Source: Ranitomeya imitator
Taxonomy: Eukaryota
Assembly (NCBI RefSeq): GCF_032444005.1
Contig: NC_091288.1
Span: 18,042,001 to 18,106,000 of the forward strand
Length of the DNA stretch: 64,000 nucleotides
Direction: 5' to 3'
In this document: positions 36,901 through 62,259 of the stretch, piece by piece
Layout: each line of letters starts with the position of its first letter
How positions within the stretch are numbered: the stretch's first letter is position 1
Notes under the pieces: generated by a model
What the model was told of the DNA's origin: nothing
Database searches by the model: none
What the model saw: the letters and a program-made list of their open reading frames with translations, nothing else
Translations under genes and position numbers: made by a program

Positions 36901-39842
36901 GTTGAAGAAGTGAAAGCAGAGTTCTGATTGGTTGCTATAGGCAACAGGGCCAGTTTTAATAAATGAGGCCTAGTACCTTCGCTTCTCCTCTGACCTTATC
37001 TGTTGTCCAGTTCGGCATTTCCTGGGAATTCTTACAATCATGTCGTAAATTCAGGGCAAGGAAATCAATAGATTTCTGGAAAAAAAAAAGTAGAATGTAA
37101 TTTGTATGGAATAACAGTGACAGTGTGAACATCTATAGGCAGCCATAGGTGGCTCAGAGGGCCCGGGTACCGGAGGGCCTGTAGTCCTCTCTACCACATA
37201 TGGCGATATCAGTATTGATGGCACTTGGTAGATGGGGCTCGTTTACAGATTTTGCATTAAGGACTTTGGCTTCTTCATGAAAGCTAGAAATGTATTTCAC
37301 AGTTGACTGGACAATCTGCCAAACCAGACCGCAAAAGGGATGAGGTTTACAAAAATTGTGGCCAAAAGGGGCAATTTTGGTGGCGTTCTTAGAGGCAGAA
37401 CACTCAAATGCCTAAAATGTGGTGTTGTAAATGTTAGTATGATATTTACCAGGAAGTTCCCTCGAAGTGATAGACAGGTGTCCAGGAGCGGCGAGGGTAA
37501 AGCAATGGCTATCCGTCCACCTGACAACACAAATGCATGAAGACCGGCGGTGTCATTATTATTATTATTATTAGTAGTTTATAATCATAGGTGACAGCTG
37601 CAAATGTGTTTGATGAGAGTACTGAGTTAGGCTACTTTCACACTAGCGTCTTTTGCAATACGTCGCAATGCGTCGTTTATGGGAAAAAAACGCATCCTGC
37701 AAAGTTGTTTGCAGGATGCGTTTTTGCCCCATAGATTAACATTAGCGACGCATTGACACACGTCGCAACCGTCGTGCGACGGTTGCGCCATGTTGTGGCG
37801 GACCGCCGGGAGCAAAAAACGTTACATGTAACTGCCGACGGACCGCTTTTTCTGACCGCGCATGTGCAGACGGAACTCCGCCCTCACCTCCTCGCACCTT
37901 ACAATGGGGCAGCGGATGTGCAGGAAAAATGCATCCGCTGCCTCCTTTGTGCGGCGCATTCACTGCTAGCTTCGAAACCTCGGCCCGACGCAGTGCGTCG
38001 GGCCGAGTCCGACGCTAGTGTGAAAGTAGCCTTAACCCATACTAGCCAAATGCTAAAGTCCCTTTATGTAAGTTGTGGTCCCTTGTTATGGCCCCTGATG
38101 TCTCGCAGATACACGTCCCTTATAAACTGAGGAGAAAAGTATGGGGCCGCAAGTGTTATATTGAAATAACTCCTTTAGTTTCATTATCCCCGATGTATAA
38201 CCTCCAAAAACGTCGCCCCCGGTGTATAACATCCGGCCCCCGCCGTGCCGTCAGCCTTTACTAACATGTGAGAGTGGTGCAGAGCTCACTGATACCTGCG
38301 TGGCCTTGTTAGAGGAGCCACCGGGGCAACAAGTCCATCCATGGCATTTCTTCCTACTAAATCCCCCCCATCACCTGTGATATTATTGAGAAGTGGAAGG
38401 AACCACAGCAACTCAGCCACAAAATTGAGACCCCGTAACCTTACCGGGTGGCCGAGGGCTAAGGAGCAGAAAGCAGGAAAGTCACCACCGCTCTACTGAC
38501 CCCATAACTTCAGAGTCCAGACTTCCTGTGGTATTAAAGGGACACTGTCACCTGAATTTGGAGGGAACAATCTTCAGCCATGGAGGCGGGGTTTTTGGGT
38601 GTTTGATTCACCCTTTCCTTACCCGCTGGCTGCAATATTGGATTGAAGTTCATTCTCTGTCCTCCGTAGTACATGCCTGCACAAGACAATCTTGCCTTGC
38701 ACAGGCGTGTACTATGGAGGACAGAGAATGAACTTCAATCCAATATTGCAGCCAGCGGGTAAGGAACGGGTGAATCAAACACCCAAAAACCCCGCCTCCA
38801 TGGCTGAAGATTGTTCCCTCCAAATTCAGGTGACAGTGTCCCTTTAACATCACTACAAAAACTGCGCCCCCTCCGGGAGCTTCAAGTCCGTGCAGCTGCA
38901 TGCAGCCGTACATCACCAAGCACAATGCAGAGCGTTGCATGGAGCGGTGTAAAGCCGCCACCACTGGACTCTGGAGGAGACGTGTTCTGTGCAGTGATGG
39001 ATCGCACTTCTCTATCTGATGGAGGAGTCTGGGTTTGGTGATTCCAGGAGGACGTTACCCCCTGAGTGCATTGTGCCCCCTGTACAGATGGTGGAGGATA
39101 ATGCTATGGGCTTATCAGGGGGTGGCATCTGTCCCTGAGTTTGAGTGAAGGGAAATCTTAATTCTTCAGCACAAGGCATTGTGGACAATTGTAGCTTCAG
39201 CTTTGTGGGAACAGTTTGGGGAGACCCTTATCTGCCCCCCATGAGTGCGCTCGGTGCACAAGCTCCTTACAGACATGGTAGAAGGTTGGTGACACAACAT
39301 GACCGGCCGCAGTTATTCCATTCATCATAACACTTACCGCCGGCAGAATACTTCTGGTGATAGATATTGTACACCCTCTCATGGGCGTTCAGCAGAATCT
39401 TTAGGTATTGCAAGTCTTTTACAACTGTGCGGACATCAAATGTTATCCAGGTGCCGACCAAATCTCCGAATGAACGAAATGCAAATTCCGCATATTCTGC
39501 ATAGGCTTCATCAGGGCTGGAGCCACCTGCAGAAAGACGACTGATGTTGCCATCATGTAAGATCACAATTGGTCTAATGTTGGCGCCATTCAGTTCCCGG
39601 AGAAGAGTCTTGTAACACTGCAGCTGCCCGTCCTCCATGTCCAGCGGCACCTTGTAATGGGTGACACTGTACTGCTGTAGAGTCTGGATCTGATCTCTTA
39701 TATTATTAAGAGCCTCACTATTGCACCCATGACTCCATAAGGGTCCAGCGATGACCATGAAGTCCTTCTCTGTGGGCTTGGAGATGCCATAACATAGTGA
39801 GGGGATGAAGAGAAGGAGGACCCCTCTCCACACAGCTCCCAT
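18715..39842 (-). CDS. lct: Lactase-phlorizin hydrolase paralog B (proximal to mcm6), 17 exons, about 1869 aa if the -1 frameshift near 28699 is corrected; possible pseudogene
   Basis: Exons 39842-39338, 37520-37450, 37075-36995, 34257-34152, 33806-33728, 32714-32039, 30989-30344, 30186-28634, 28404-28136, 27321-27031, 26934-26736, 26564-26365, 24834-24725, 23396-23262, 23180-22960, 19359-19123, 18944-18715. Sum is 5609 nt, one short of a multiple of 3. Four GH1 repeats plus a C-terminal TM helix; exon number and phases follow mammalian LCT. Confidence 0.93.
19123..19359 (-). CDS. lct: lct-B exon 16
   Basis: [32 protein letters not shown]...CNGFPDP; donor GAAG|gtgagt. Confidence 0.95.
19511..21325 (-). 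mobile_element. Full-length, inactivated Tc1-like transposon
   Basis: Perfect 35-bp TIRs cagttagggccagaaatatttggacagtgacacaa; TA TSD; transposase ATG at 20966 with a frameshift near 20835 and an in-frame stop at 20380; [22 protein letters not shown]. Confidence 0.92.
19786..19944 (-). mobile_element. 5'-truncated CR1-type LINE 3' end inserted in the Tc1
   Basis: Ends in a (taactatgttac)n-type tail; 5-bp duplication aaatc at 19781-19785 and 19945-19949; interrupts the transposase KGFATKY end. Confidence 0.7.
22960..23180 (-). CDS. lct: lct-B exon 15 (domain IV nucleophile ITENG)
   Basis: [31 protein letters not shown]...NEALK; 221 nt. Confidence 0.95.
23262..23396 (-). CDS. lct: lct-B exon 14
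   Basis: [26 protein letters not shown]; 135 nt. Confidence 0.95.
23517..23942. repeat. About 92-bp direct repeat pair (23517-23610, 23851-23942), possibly a split-direct-repeat remnant of a DIRS/Ngaro retroelement
   Basis: gcatatttcccagaggagcattgcggcttt...atacttcttgga present twice; class assignment is inference. Confidence 0.45.
24725..24834 (-). CDS. lct: lct-B exon 13
   Basis: tttcag|TTTTTC; [28 protein letters not shown]; donor CG|gtgcgt; 110 nt. Confidence 0.93.
24871..26198. repeat. 35-bp minisatellite array in lct-B intron 12, inverted relative to the other two arrays
   Basis: Unit TATGTACAAGAATATAACTACTATAATACTGCCCC. Confidence 0.96.
26365..26564 (-). CDS. lct: lct-B exon 12
   Basis: [20 protein letters not shown]...SDWAEP; 200 nt. 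Confidence 0.95.
26736..26934 (-). CDS. lct: lct-B exon 11 (domain IV acid/base TLNEP)
   Basis: [13 protein letters not shown]...[10 protein letters not shown]; 199 nt. Confidence 0.95.
27031..27321 (-). CDS. lct: lct-B exon 10
   Basis: [16 protein letters not shown]...[14 protein letters not shown]; 291 nt. Confidence 0.95.
28136..28404 (-). CDS. lct: lct-B exon 9
   Basis: [23 protein letters not shown]...WGVASSAFQ; 269 nt. Confidence 0.95.
28634..30186 (-). CDS. lct: lct-B exon 8 (domain III), with 1-nt deletion near 28699
   Basis: ttacag|CTGTCATA ... CTGAAAG|gttagt; 1553 nt where phase 1->1 requires a multiple of 3; conserved [18 protein letters not shown] continues in a shifted frame. 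Confidence 0.93.
30344..30989 (-). CDS. lct: lct-B exon 7 (domain II C-half)
   Basis: [13 protein letters not shown]...PIYITGNG...NEALK; 646 nt. Confidence 0.95.
32039..32714 (-). CDS. lct: lct-B exon 6
   Basis: acacag|ATCTGAAAC ... TTCAAG|gtacaa; 676 nt, phase 2->0. Confidence 0.93.
33728..33806 (-). CDS. lct: lct-B exon 5
   Basis: ctatag|AAATC ... GGAAG|gtgagc; 79 nt; LMGYDISY. Confidence 0.85.
33927..34109. mobile_element. hAT-type palindromic MITE
   Basis: cagaggtgtcaaac...gtttgacacctctg; 8-bp TSD ctgtacac/ctgtgcac. Confidence 0.75.
34152..34257 (-). CDS. lct: lct-B exon 4
   Basis: ttgcag|CACTAC ... TTCAG|gtaaga; 106 nt; [13 protein letters not shown]. Confidence 0.85.
34575..36300 (+). 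mobile_element. Internally deleted L2/CR1-clade LINE with nested MITEs
   Basis: APE endonuclease remnant ([23 protein letters not shown]) at 34630-35080; 3' region ending in (AAT)n at 36300; interrupted by a half T2-MITE (about 35113-35268) and a Harbinger MITE. Confidence 0.75.
35362..35784. mobile_element. PIF/Harbinger-like MITE
   Basis: TIR ggcttctttcacactagcg / cgctagtgtgaaagtagcc; TTA TSD on both sides. Confidence 0.8.
36995..37075 (-). CDS. lct: lct-B exon 3
   Basis: ttccag|AAATCT ... GATAAG|gtcaga; 81 nt; [14 protein letters not shown]. An in-frame alternative donor is possible at 36977. Confidence 0.85.
37450..37520 (-). CDS. lct: lct-B exon 2
   Basis: tgtcag|GTGGAC ... TTCCTG|gtaaat; 71 nt; GRIAIAL. 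Confidence 0.8.
37630..38031. mobile_element. PIF/Harbinger-like MITE (same family as 35362, opposite orientation)
   Basis: TIR ggctactttcacactagcgtc; TTA TSD on both sides. Confidence 0.8.
38538..38843. mobile_element. T2/Kolobok-type fold-back MITE
   Basis: TTAA-agggacactgtcacc...ggtgacagtgtccct-TTAA; about 140-bp near-perfect inverted arms. Confidence 0.8.
39338..39842 (-). CDS. lct: lct-B exon 1
   Basis: [19 protein letters not shown] signal peptide; donor GGCG|gtaagt; 505 nt. Confidence 0.92.
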
Positions 39843-39874
39843 TGTCAGCGGTGTTAGCCACCGTACACTGGTAA

Positions 39875-39975
39875 TGACATTTATTCCATAGCCGGGGCTG
39901 TAAAGTGCAGTATCTCCTCTAGATAAGGAAACTGCTGAAGCCGATTTATGGACAGACGTGTGTTAATCTATGACA
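39875..39975 (-). promoter_or_regulatory. lct-B proximal promoter (degenerate TATA, CDX/GATA/HNF1-like motifs)
   Basis: AATAAAT at the TATA-equivalent spacing (about 39879-39885); TTTACAG near 39900; AGATAAG 39921-39927; TTTATGG near 39945-39951; GTTAATCTATGAC near 39962-39974. Confidence 0.4.
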
Positions 39976-41051
39976 TGGATGGCATGCTCACTGTGCTAAT
40001 CGTAAATTATTAGCAGGTGCTGGAGCCAGTGAGTGTATGCGCCAACCCCAGGACCACACTTCATGAGATGTTCCCGGTAATAAAGGGTTACTTGCATAAA
40101 ATATTCCCACGAGTGCCAGGAGCACATACCCACGGAAGGCAAATTAATACCCTTTCCCTTTAACGCAAGAGCTGTATACAAATCTGCTCCAGGCTCACCT
40201 CAAGGCTGTTTTGGAAAGTGTTTTTATAGGAAGACCAAAATGGCAGGACCCATGGTAGAACGTCGTGCTCTGCCTCGAGGCCGGACACAAAGGTTTAGCA
40301 TAATGTCTCCATTTATTTGCAGTGTTGCTTTAATTTTAGATGCACTGGGGAAATGAGGATTATGAACATACTAGAGAGCCTCACTTCATGGATAATAAAG
40401 GCTTGCGGATTTCCTGCAGATCTGCACCGTTTTTTCAGCGCAGAAACGCTGCAGATCTGCAAGCGATTTACAGTACAATGTAAATCAATGGCAAAAAAAA
40501 CGCTGGGCTAATGGTGTGGAAAAATCAGCACGGAAAATGCAGCAGATTCAAAAAAGGACCATGTCAGCTCTTTTTGCAGATTTGCTGCGTTTCTGCACCC
40601 ATTCCATAATAGAACTCTGCAGGGGTTAATATATTTAAAAAAAAAAAGAGGGGGGAAGAAATCTGCAATGTGTGCATATACCAAAAAAAGGTGCAGATTT
40701 TGACCTGCGTTTTCTGCCAAGAAGTGCAGAATCTGCACAGTTAAATCTGCAACATGTGCACATACCATAAAGGTGGGGTCCGGAACTAAAATGTATTTTA
40801 ATCCTAAATGCCTACTTATGATCAGAACTTTTCTAATACACTTTTTAAAGTACAGTCCCCATCATTCCCCTCACTCTTCTTTATTATTACATCATCTTAG
40901 ATGACACTTCGGAGAATCCCACTGCATGCCGGGGACCATCGAAAAAGTCATCACCAGTGGGCAGAGGCTGCAACAGTGACCACAGCCTGTATCCTCCTTG
41001 AAAAATCACTTGTAGGGACAGAGCTGGTCTCTGCTTTTGCTATTCGTCTAA

Positions 41052-41320
41052 GGCTATGTGCACACGTTGCGGAATGGTGTGCAGATTTTTCCGCACGGTT
41101 TTTGCAAAATCCACAGGTAAACCGCACTGCGGATTTGCAGCGGTTTTTGTGCAGAATCAACCTGCGGATTCCTATTGAGGAGCAGATGTAAACCGCTGCG
41201 GAATCCGCACAAAGAATTTTGTTTTCCATACTTTAACATGGTACTGTACAATGCATAGAAAACTGCTGCAGGTCCGCAGCGTCAAATCCGCAGCAAAATC
41301 TGCAACGTGTGCACATAGCC
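41052..41320. mobile_element. Harbinger-like MITE; related degraded copy at about 40400-40770
   Basis: TIR ggctatgtgcacacgttgc / gcaacgtgtgcacatagcc; TAA/TGA flanks. Confidence 0.7.
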
Positions 41321-42061
41321 TGACAATGACCACCAAAAGTGCGCTCTTTTGCTGGCTCCTTGTGTGGAGGTCCGGCTAGCGAGCGCACCGTCACTGTGCA
41401 TCCGTTGGAAATGACAACAGATGGAAGCTCAGTAGAGCAAGCACTAGCCAGCTCAGCCCCCAAAACAGACATCACTCATGATGTTTTGAAGGGGGGGGGG
41501 GGGAAGAGCACAGTCTACAACAGTGACCGCAGTCCATGCCCCCCAATCAGAAAAAGGAAGTAGTAATAAAAAAAAAAACACACCTCTGTAATATATAAGG
41601 ATATGGTCACTTGCAGCAGTTTTGGTGCAAATGTTAGAGTAATCAGCATGTTACATTTGGATTTCCTAGTAGTTTTGCAGCAGCTTTCACCATTTGCATT
41701 ACAAAAGGGTTGAGGCCGCAGCACATTTCTACATCTGCAGAAAATGTTTCATTAATGTCTGCTGTATTGCGGTGTGCATTTTACGGGAAATCCACATCAA
41801 ATCTGCAACAGTCCCAAAGTCATCAAGATCAGCGTTGTTCACATCAGGGTTGATGAGATGTGCTGGAGTCAGAATCAAGTTGCTCTAAAATTCTGTGACT
41901 TTTCAATGCTTTTTATGTCTGGTGTGACAGCTTTGATGCATTGGGATTAATATGTACAAATATCTTAAACCTGCATAGGTGAGGGACGAGCCTATATTTT
42001 ATCAGCTGAATATCTCCATTATAAATAAGCTCTATCAGCTGTAACAATGGATGTCTGTGCG

Positions 42062-42162
42062 TTGGCTCAGTGGTTAGCACTGTTGCTTTGCAGCACTGGG
42101 GCCCTGGGTTCCAATGACATCTGCAAGGAGTCTGCATGTTCTCACCGTGTTTATGTGGGTAT
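42062..42162 (+). mobile_element. tRNA-derived SINE 5' fragment (V-SINE-like)
   Basis: A box tggctcagtgg, B-box-like ggttccaat, followed by catctgcaaggagtctgcatgttctc. Confidence 0.55.
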
Positions 42163-43452
42163 CTAGATGTGAGCCCCCAATGGGATGCATACAGCACACA
42201 TATGGCTCTGGTATGGTAGAATATAAAGTTACTGCATGCGTTGCTCTGGTCCGCTTTACTATGAGGATGAGAGCACATTGGAGCAGAGATGCATGCAACA
42301 TCAGGTCTGCAGTTTCTGCTTAGGAAACTCAGGTGTGTATTACAAACTAAATTTTGCACATTTTAAGAAATCTCATGTGAACGCTGCCGAGACTTGTTGT
42401 ACCAAAAACTGACCATATGAAACAAGCAACCTATCAAATTATACTACGGATTTTACAGAATTTCTGCACACTTCACTCATTGCAATGTGAGCTACAGTGC
42501 AAGTTGTCATGCCGAGGACTTTAAACCTGCAGCACGAGGTTGTGAAAAAAAGAAGATATTAACACAAAAGTTGCAATGTATTTTGACAAATTTACAACAC
42601 TTATTGTAAGCCGTATAAAATGACCTGGTGCGTAATACACAGGATAATATCCAGAGACAAAATGGCAGAAGGTAACTGGACAGAATAAAAGGCCAAAAAT
42701 ATTCAGAAAGATGAAGCATGAAATGTCTAATTACAGACTGAGAAACAGAACAGAAAGAAAATGCAAATAAAATGGTGATGTGTCAGTTCAAAGACATTTA
42801 AAGGGATGTTGTCGAATTTAATATTGATGGCCTTGAAATGAGTCAAAACTGCATAATTTCCTGGGGGGATCCCACAGCAAGCAGCTGAATAAAGAAGCAG
42901 CCGCCATCAAATCTACATCCATTTGAGAAGTGATCTGCAGTACCGGACACCGCCACAGGTGTATGGATGGCGCCATGTTGGGTTCTGCAGAAAAGTCACT
43001 GTTTCACTTTTGCCTCTGATTTGACAGTCCCAAAAGAACGACCATACGTCGATGGCCTCTTAGGAGTCACAGATATCTAAAAAGTCCCTTTAACAGGAAG
43101 GGAAAAAAAAAAAAAAAAAAACTGGACTGACATTCTGTAAAATGACTGAATCCTTTAAAAACTTCTTCCGCAGAAATTAGGACACCACGTTCAGGGTTCC
43201 AGGGCCCAAATACCAAATTTAGTTTACCAATAACATAAGCAATGATGGCTTGTGGTAAAACTGGTACAAGATATTTTTCCTTGCTTTGGTCACTGCAGAA
43301 AAGCAGATGAGGGAAAGTTGTTATAACCTAAGGAAATGTGTTACCCCAAAACTTAAGGAATAAAATGCGTGGGGGGGAAAAAAAAAAAAAAGTCTGAAGA
43401 TAAAAAGTTCTAAAAAGTCCTTAGAAATAAAATTCCATGTGTCCGTGGATAA

Positions 43453-59295
<15,843 letters not shown>

Positions 59296-59354
59296 CGTCC
59301 TCTCGGTTCTTTCCGACCGGAGAAGCCGCTTCCTGCTCGCTGGGAGGACAACGC

Positions 59355-59450
59355 TGGAGTTTCGCGCCAATCTCCGGCACCACGTGACCGGTTTCGCGCC
59401 AGTCGCAGCCAATAGCGGCAGAGGGATGGTGCAAGTTTTCGCGCCATTGA
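59355..59450 (-). promoter_or_regulatory. mcm6 CpG-island promoter with three E2F sites, E-box and CCAAT box
   Basis: TTTCGCGCC at 59360-59368, 59392-59400 and 59437-59445; CACGTG at 59381-59386; CCAAT at 59409-59413; 65-150 nt upstream of the ATG. MCM genes are established E2F targets. Confidence 0.8.
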
Positions 59451-59805
59451 GGAAGGAGGCGGATCAGCGCAGGCTAAGAGTTAACTCGTTGTTCCCTGGA
59501 CAGAGTTGGCAGCCAGTGTAGTGGTGAGAGCGCCACCTAGCGGGGAAAGGAAGACGTTCACATGCAAGGCCTGTCAGATCTCATACACACTGTGCCACAC
59601 TCATTATATTTGCTTTTCAGTCTTTTTAATTTTTCACCCAATTTTCTTTAGCATTTTTTAATATAATTTTTCTCCTATTTTGTATTTCACCCTTTGTAGT
59701 TTCTGTTTTCACTTTATTTTAATCCTCAGCAGGAGACTTGAACTTGTAGTTATTTGTTTTGTGTACAGTGTTATAACCCTACAGTTTACAGCCCAGCATC
59801 ATCAA

Positions 59806-60627
59806 GATGGCGGCTCCGGGGCCCAGTGCCGGGGGATGGCGGCTCCGGGGCCCAGTGCCGGGGGATGGCGGCTCCGGGGCCCAGTGCCGGGGGTTGGCGG
59901 CACCGGGGCCCAGTGCCGGGGGATGGCGGCTCCGGGGCCCAATGCCGGGGGATGGCGGCTCCGGGGCCCAATGCCGGGGGATGGCGGCTCCGGGGCCCAA
60001 TGCCGGGGGTTGGCGGCTCCGGGGCCCAATGCCGGGGGATGGCGGCTCCGGGGCCCAATGCCGGGGGTTGGCGGCTCCGGGGCCCAGTGCCGGGGGATGG
60101 CGGCTCCGGGGCCCAGTGCCGGGGGATGGCGGCTCCGGGGCCCAGTGCCGAGGGATGGCGGCTCCGGGGCCCAGTGCCGGGGGTTGGCGGCTCCGGGGCC
60201 CAGTGCCGGGGGATGGCGGCTCCGGGGCCCAGTGCCGGGGGTTGGCGGCTCCGGGGCCCAGTGCCGGGGGTTGGCGGCTCCGGGGCCCAGTGCCGGGGGA
60301 TGGCGGCTCCGGGGCCCAGTGCCGGGGGTTGGCGGCTCCGGGGCCCAGTGCCGGGGGTTGGCGGCTCCGGGGCCCAGTGCCGGGGGATGGCGGCTCCGGG
60401 GCCCAATGCCGGGGGTTGGCGGCTCCGGGGCCCAATGCCGGGGGATGGCGGCTCCGGGGCCCAATGCCGAGGGATGGCGGCTCCGGGGCCCAATGCCGGG
60501 GGATGGCGGCTCCGGGGCCCAATGCAGAGGGATGGCGGCTCCGGGGCCCAATGCCGGGGGTTGGCGGCTCCGGTGCCCAATGCCGGGGGATGGCGGCTCC
60601 GGGGCCCAATGCCGGGGGATGGCGGAC
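59806..60627. repeat. GC-rich 29-bp minisatellite (about 28 units) upstream of mcm6
   Basis: Unit GGGGG(A/T)TGGCGGCTCCGGGGCCCA(G/A)TGCC; period 29 (59821 to 59850). Confidence 0.96.
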
Positions 60628-61021
60628 CTGTTTAGGGTCCTCAGGATGACATCTCCTGCAGTATTTCTATGCGCTGAGCAGAGAGCTGGAAGCTGTAGAA
60701 GTTCAGCATGAGAAAGAACAGCTGGACCTGATATCATTTTCCATAGATATGGGAACAGAACCGAGCTTGCTGCGTACCAGTGATGAGCGAGTGCACTCGG
60801 ATAACTAGTTATCCCACCATGCTCATGTCTTCGGCATGCTCAAAAAATACGTTTGCGTCCCCATGGCTGCAGGTCTTGCAGCTGGTAAACAGCTATAACG
60901 CATGCAGGGATTGCCTAACAGACTCAAACATATTTTTCAAGCATGTCAAAAATACTCCGTTAGCACACGAACATGCTCAGATAACACTTTATCCGAGCAT
61001 GTTCGCTCATCACTACTTACA

Positions 61022-61750
61022 ACATAGATACGGGAACAGAACCAAGCTTGCTACATACATACGGGAACAGAACCACGGTTACTACATAGATACGGGAACA
61101 GAACCAAGCTTGCTACATACATACGGGAACAGAACCACGGTTACTACAGAGATACGGGAACAGAACCAAGCTTGCTACATAGATACGGGAACAGAACCAC
61201 GGTTACTACAGAGATACGGGAACAGAACCACGGTTACTACATAGATACGGGAACAGAACCAAGCTTGCTACATAGATACGGGAACAGAACCACGGTTTCT
61301 ACAGAGATACGGGAACAGAACCACGTTTACTACATAGATACGGGAACAGAACCAAGCTTGCTACATAGATACGGGAACAGAACCAAGCTTGCTACATAGA
61401 TACGGGAACAGAACCACGGTTTCTACATAGATACAGGAACAAAACCAAGCTTGCTACATAGATACGGGAACAGAACCAAGGTTGCTACATAGATGCGGGA
61501 ACAGAACCAAGCTTGCTACATAGATACGGGAAAACACACCAAAAAAAACAGGCAAAGGTGCTTACCTGTCTAGGCCTTGAATCAAATGCACCATCATTGT
61601 GCAGCGGGCCCAAGTATAGACGGTTACTACATAGCTACCGGGACAGAACCAAGCTTGATACATAGATACGGGAACAGAATCAAGCTTGCTACATAGATAC
61701 GGGAACAGAACCACGGTTACTACATAGATATGGGGACAGATCCAAGGTTA
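61022..61750. repeat. 31-bp minisatellite with two variant units
   Basis: catagatacgggaacagaacc followed by aagcttgcta or acggttacta; interrupted at about 61510-61620. Confidence 0.9.
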
Positions 61751-62259
61751 CTACATAGTACAATGCCTCACTGTGATTGATGGGTGCCAGAATGATTGTG
61801 CCAGGCCCTCTGTACTGCTGTCAGAGATCGACAGTGCCAGGTTTTGTTTCACCTTCAGATGGGTGATGTGACTGGCTACAATCCCTGTCTGGACCTACAT
61901 AATACACATTCTTGTTACTGTAAATAAAGGACGATGTATGCACAGATTACAGTACTGCGGGCGTAATCCCCGCAAATCTGGCGAATATCGGACCTTTCTA
62001 GGGTTGTCTAGTTGAAAATGTCTATCAGAAGTTTAAAGTGAGAAAGAGCAGCCGAAACCAATATTTAATGTGCCAACACTGTGTGACCTGTGAACAATAC
62101 CTCAGAAAATAGAAAACATGGTGCAGCCATGAGTTAACCCTTCAAAAGGGCATACAGGTGCGGTCTCCAGTTCTTAAAACATTTCATCACTCTGGAGATT
62201 ATCAAGCATGGTCCATTCACTGACAGCAAGAAAAGGTCTTGAAAATTATTATAGACCAG

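Noticed and set aside
38296-38374. AG...GT-bounded 79-nt candidate for lct-B exon 2
   Set aside because: Wrong end phase and no homology; the true exon 2 is 37450-37520, matching 5562-5632 in lct-A.
59680-60737. Six overlapping ORFs of 264-343 aa, Gly/Pro/Ala-rich
   Set aside because: The 29-bp unit has no stop codon in any frame, so these are repeat artefacts and not a collagen-like gene.
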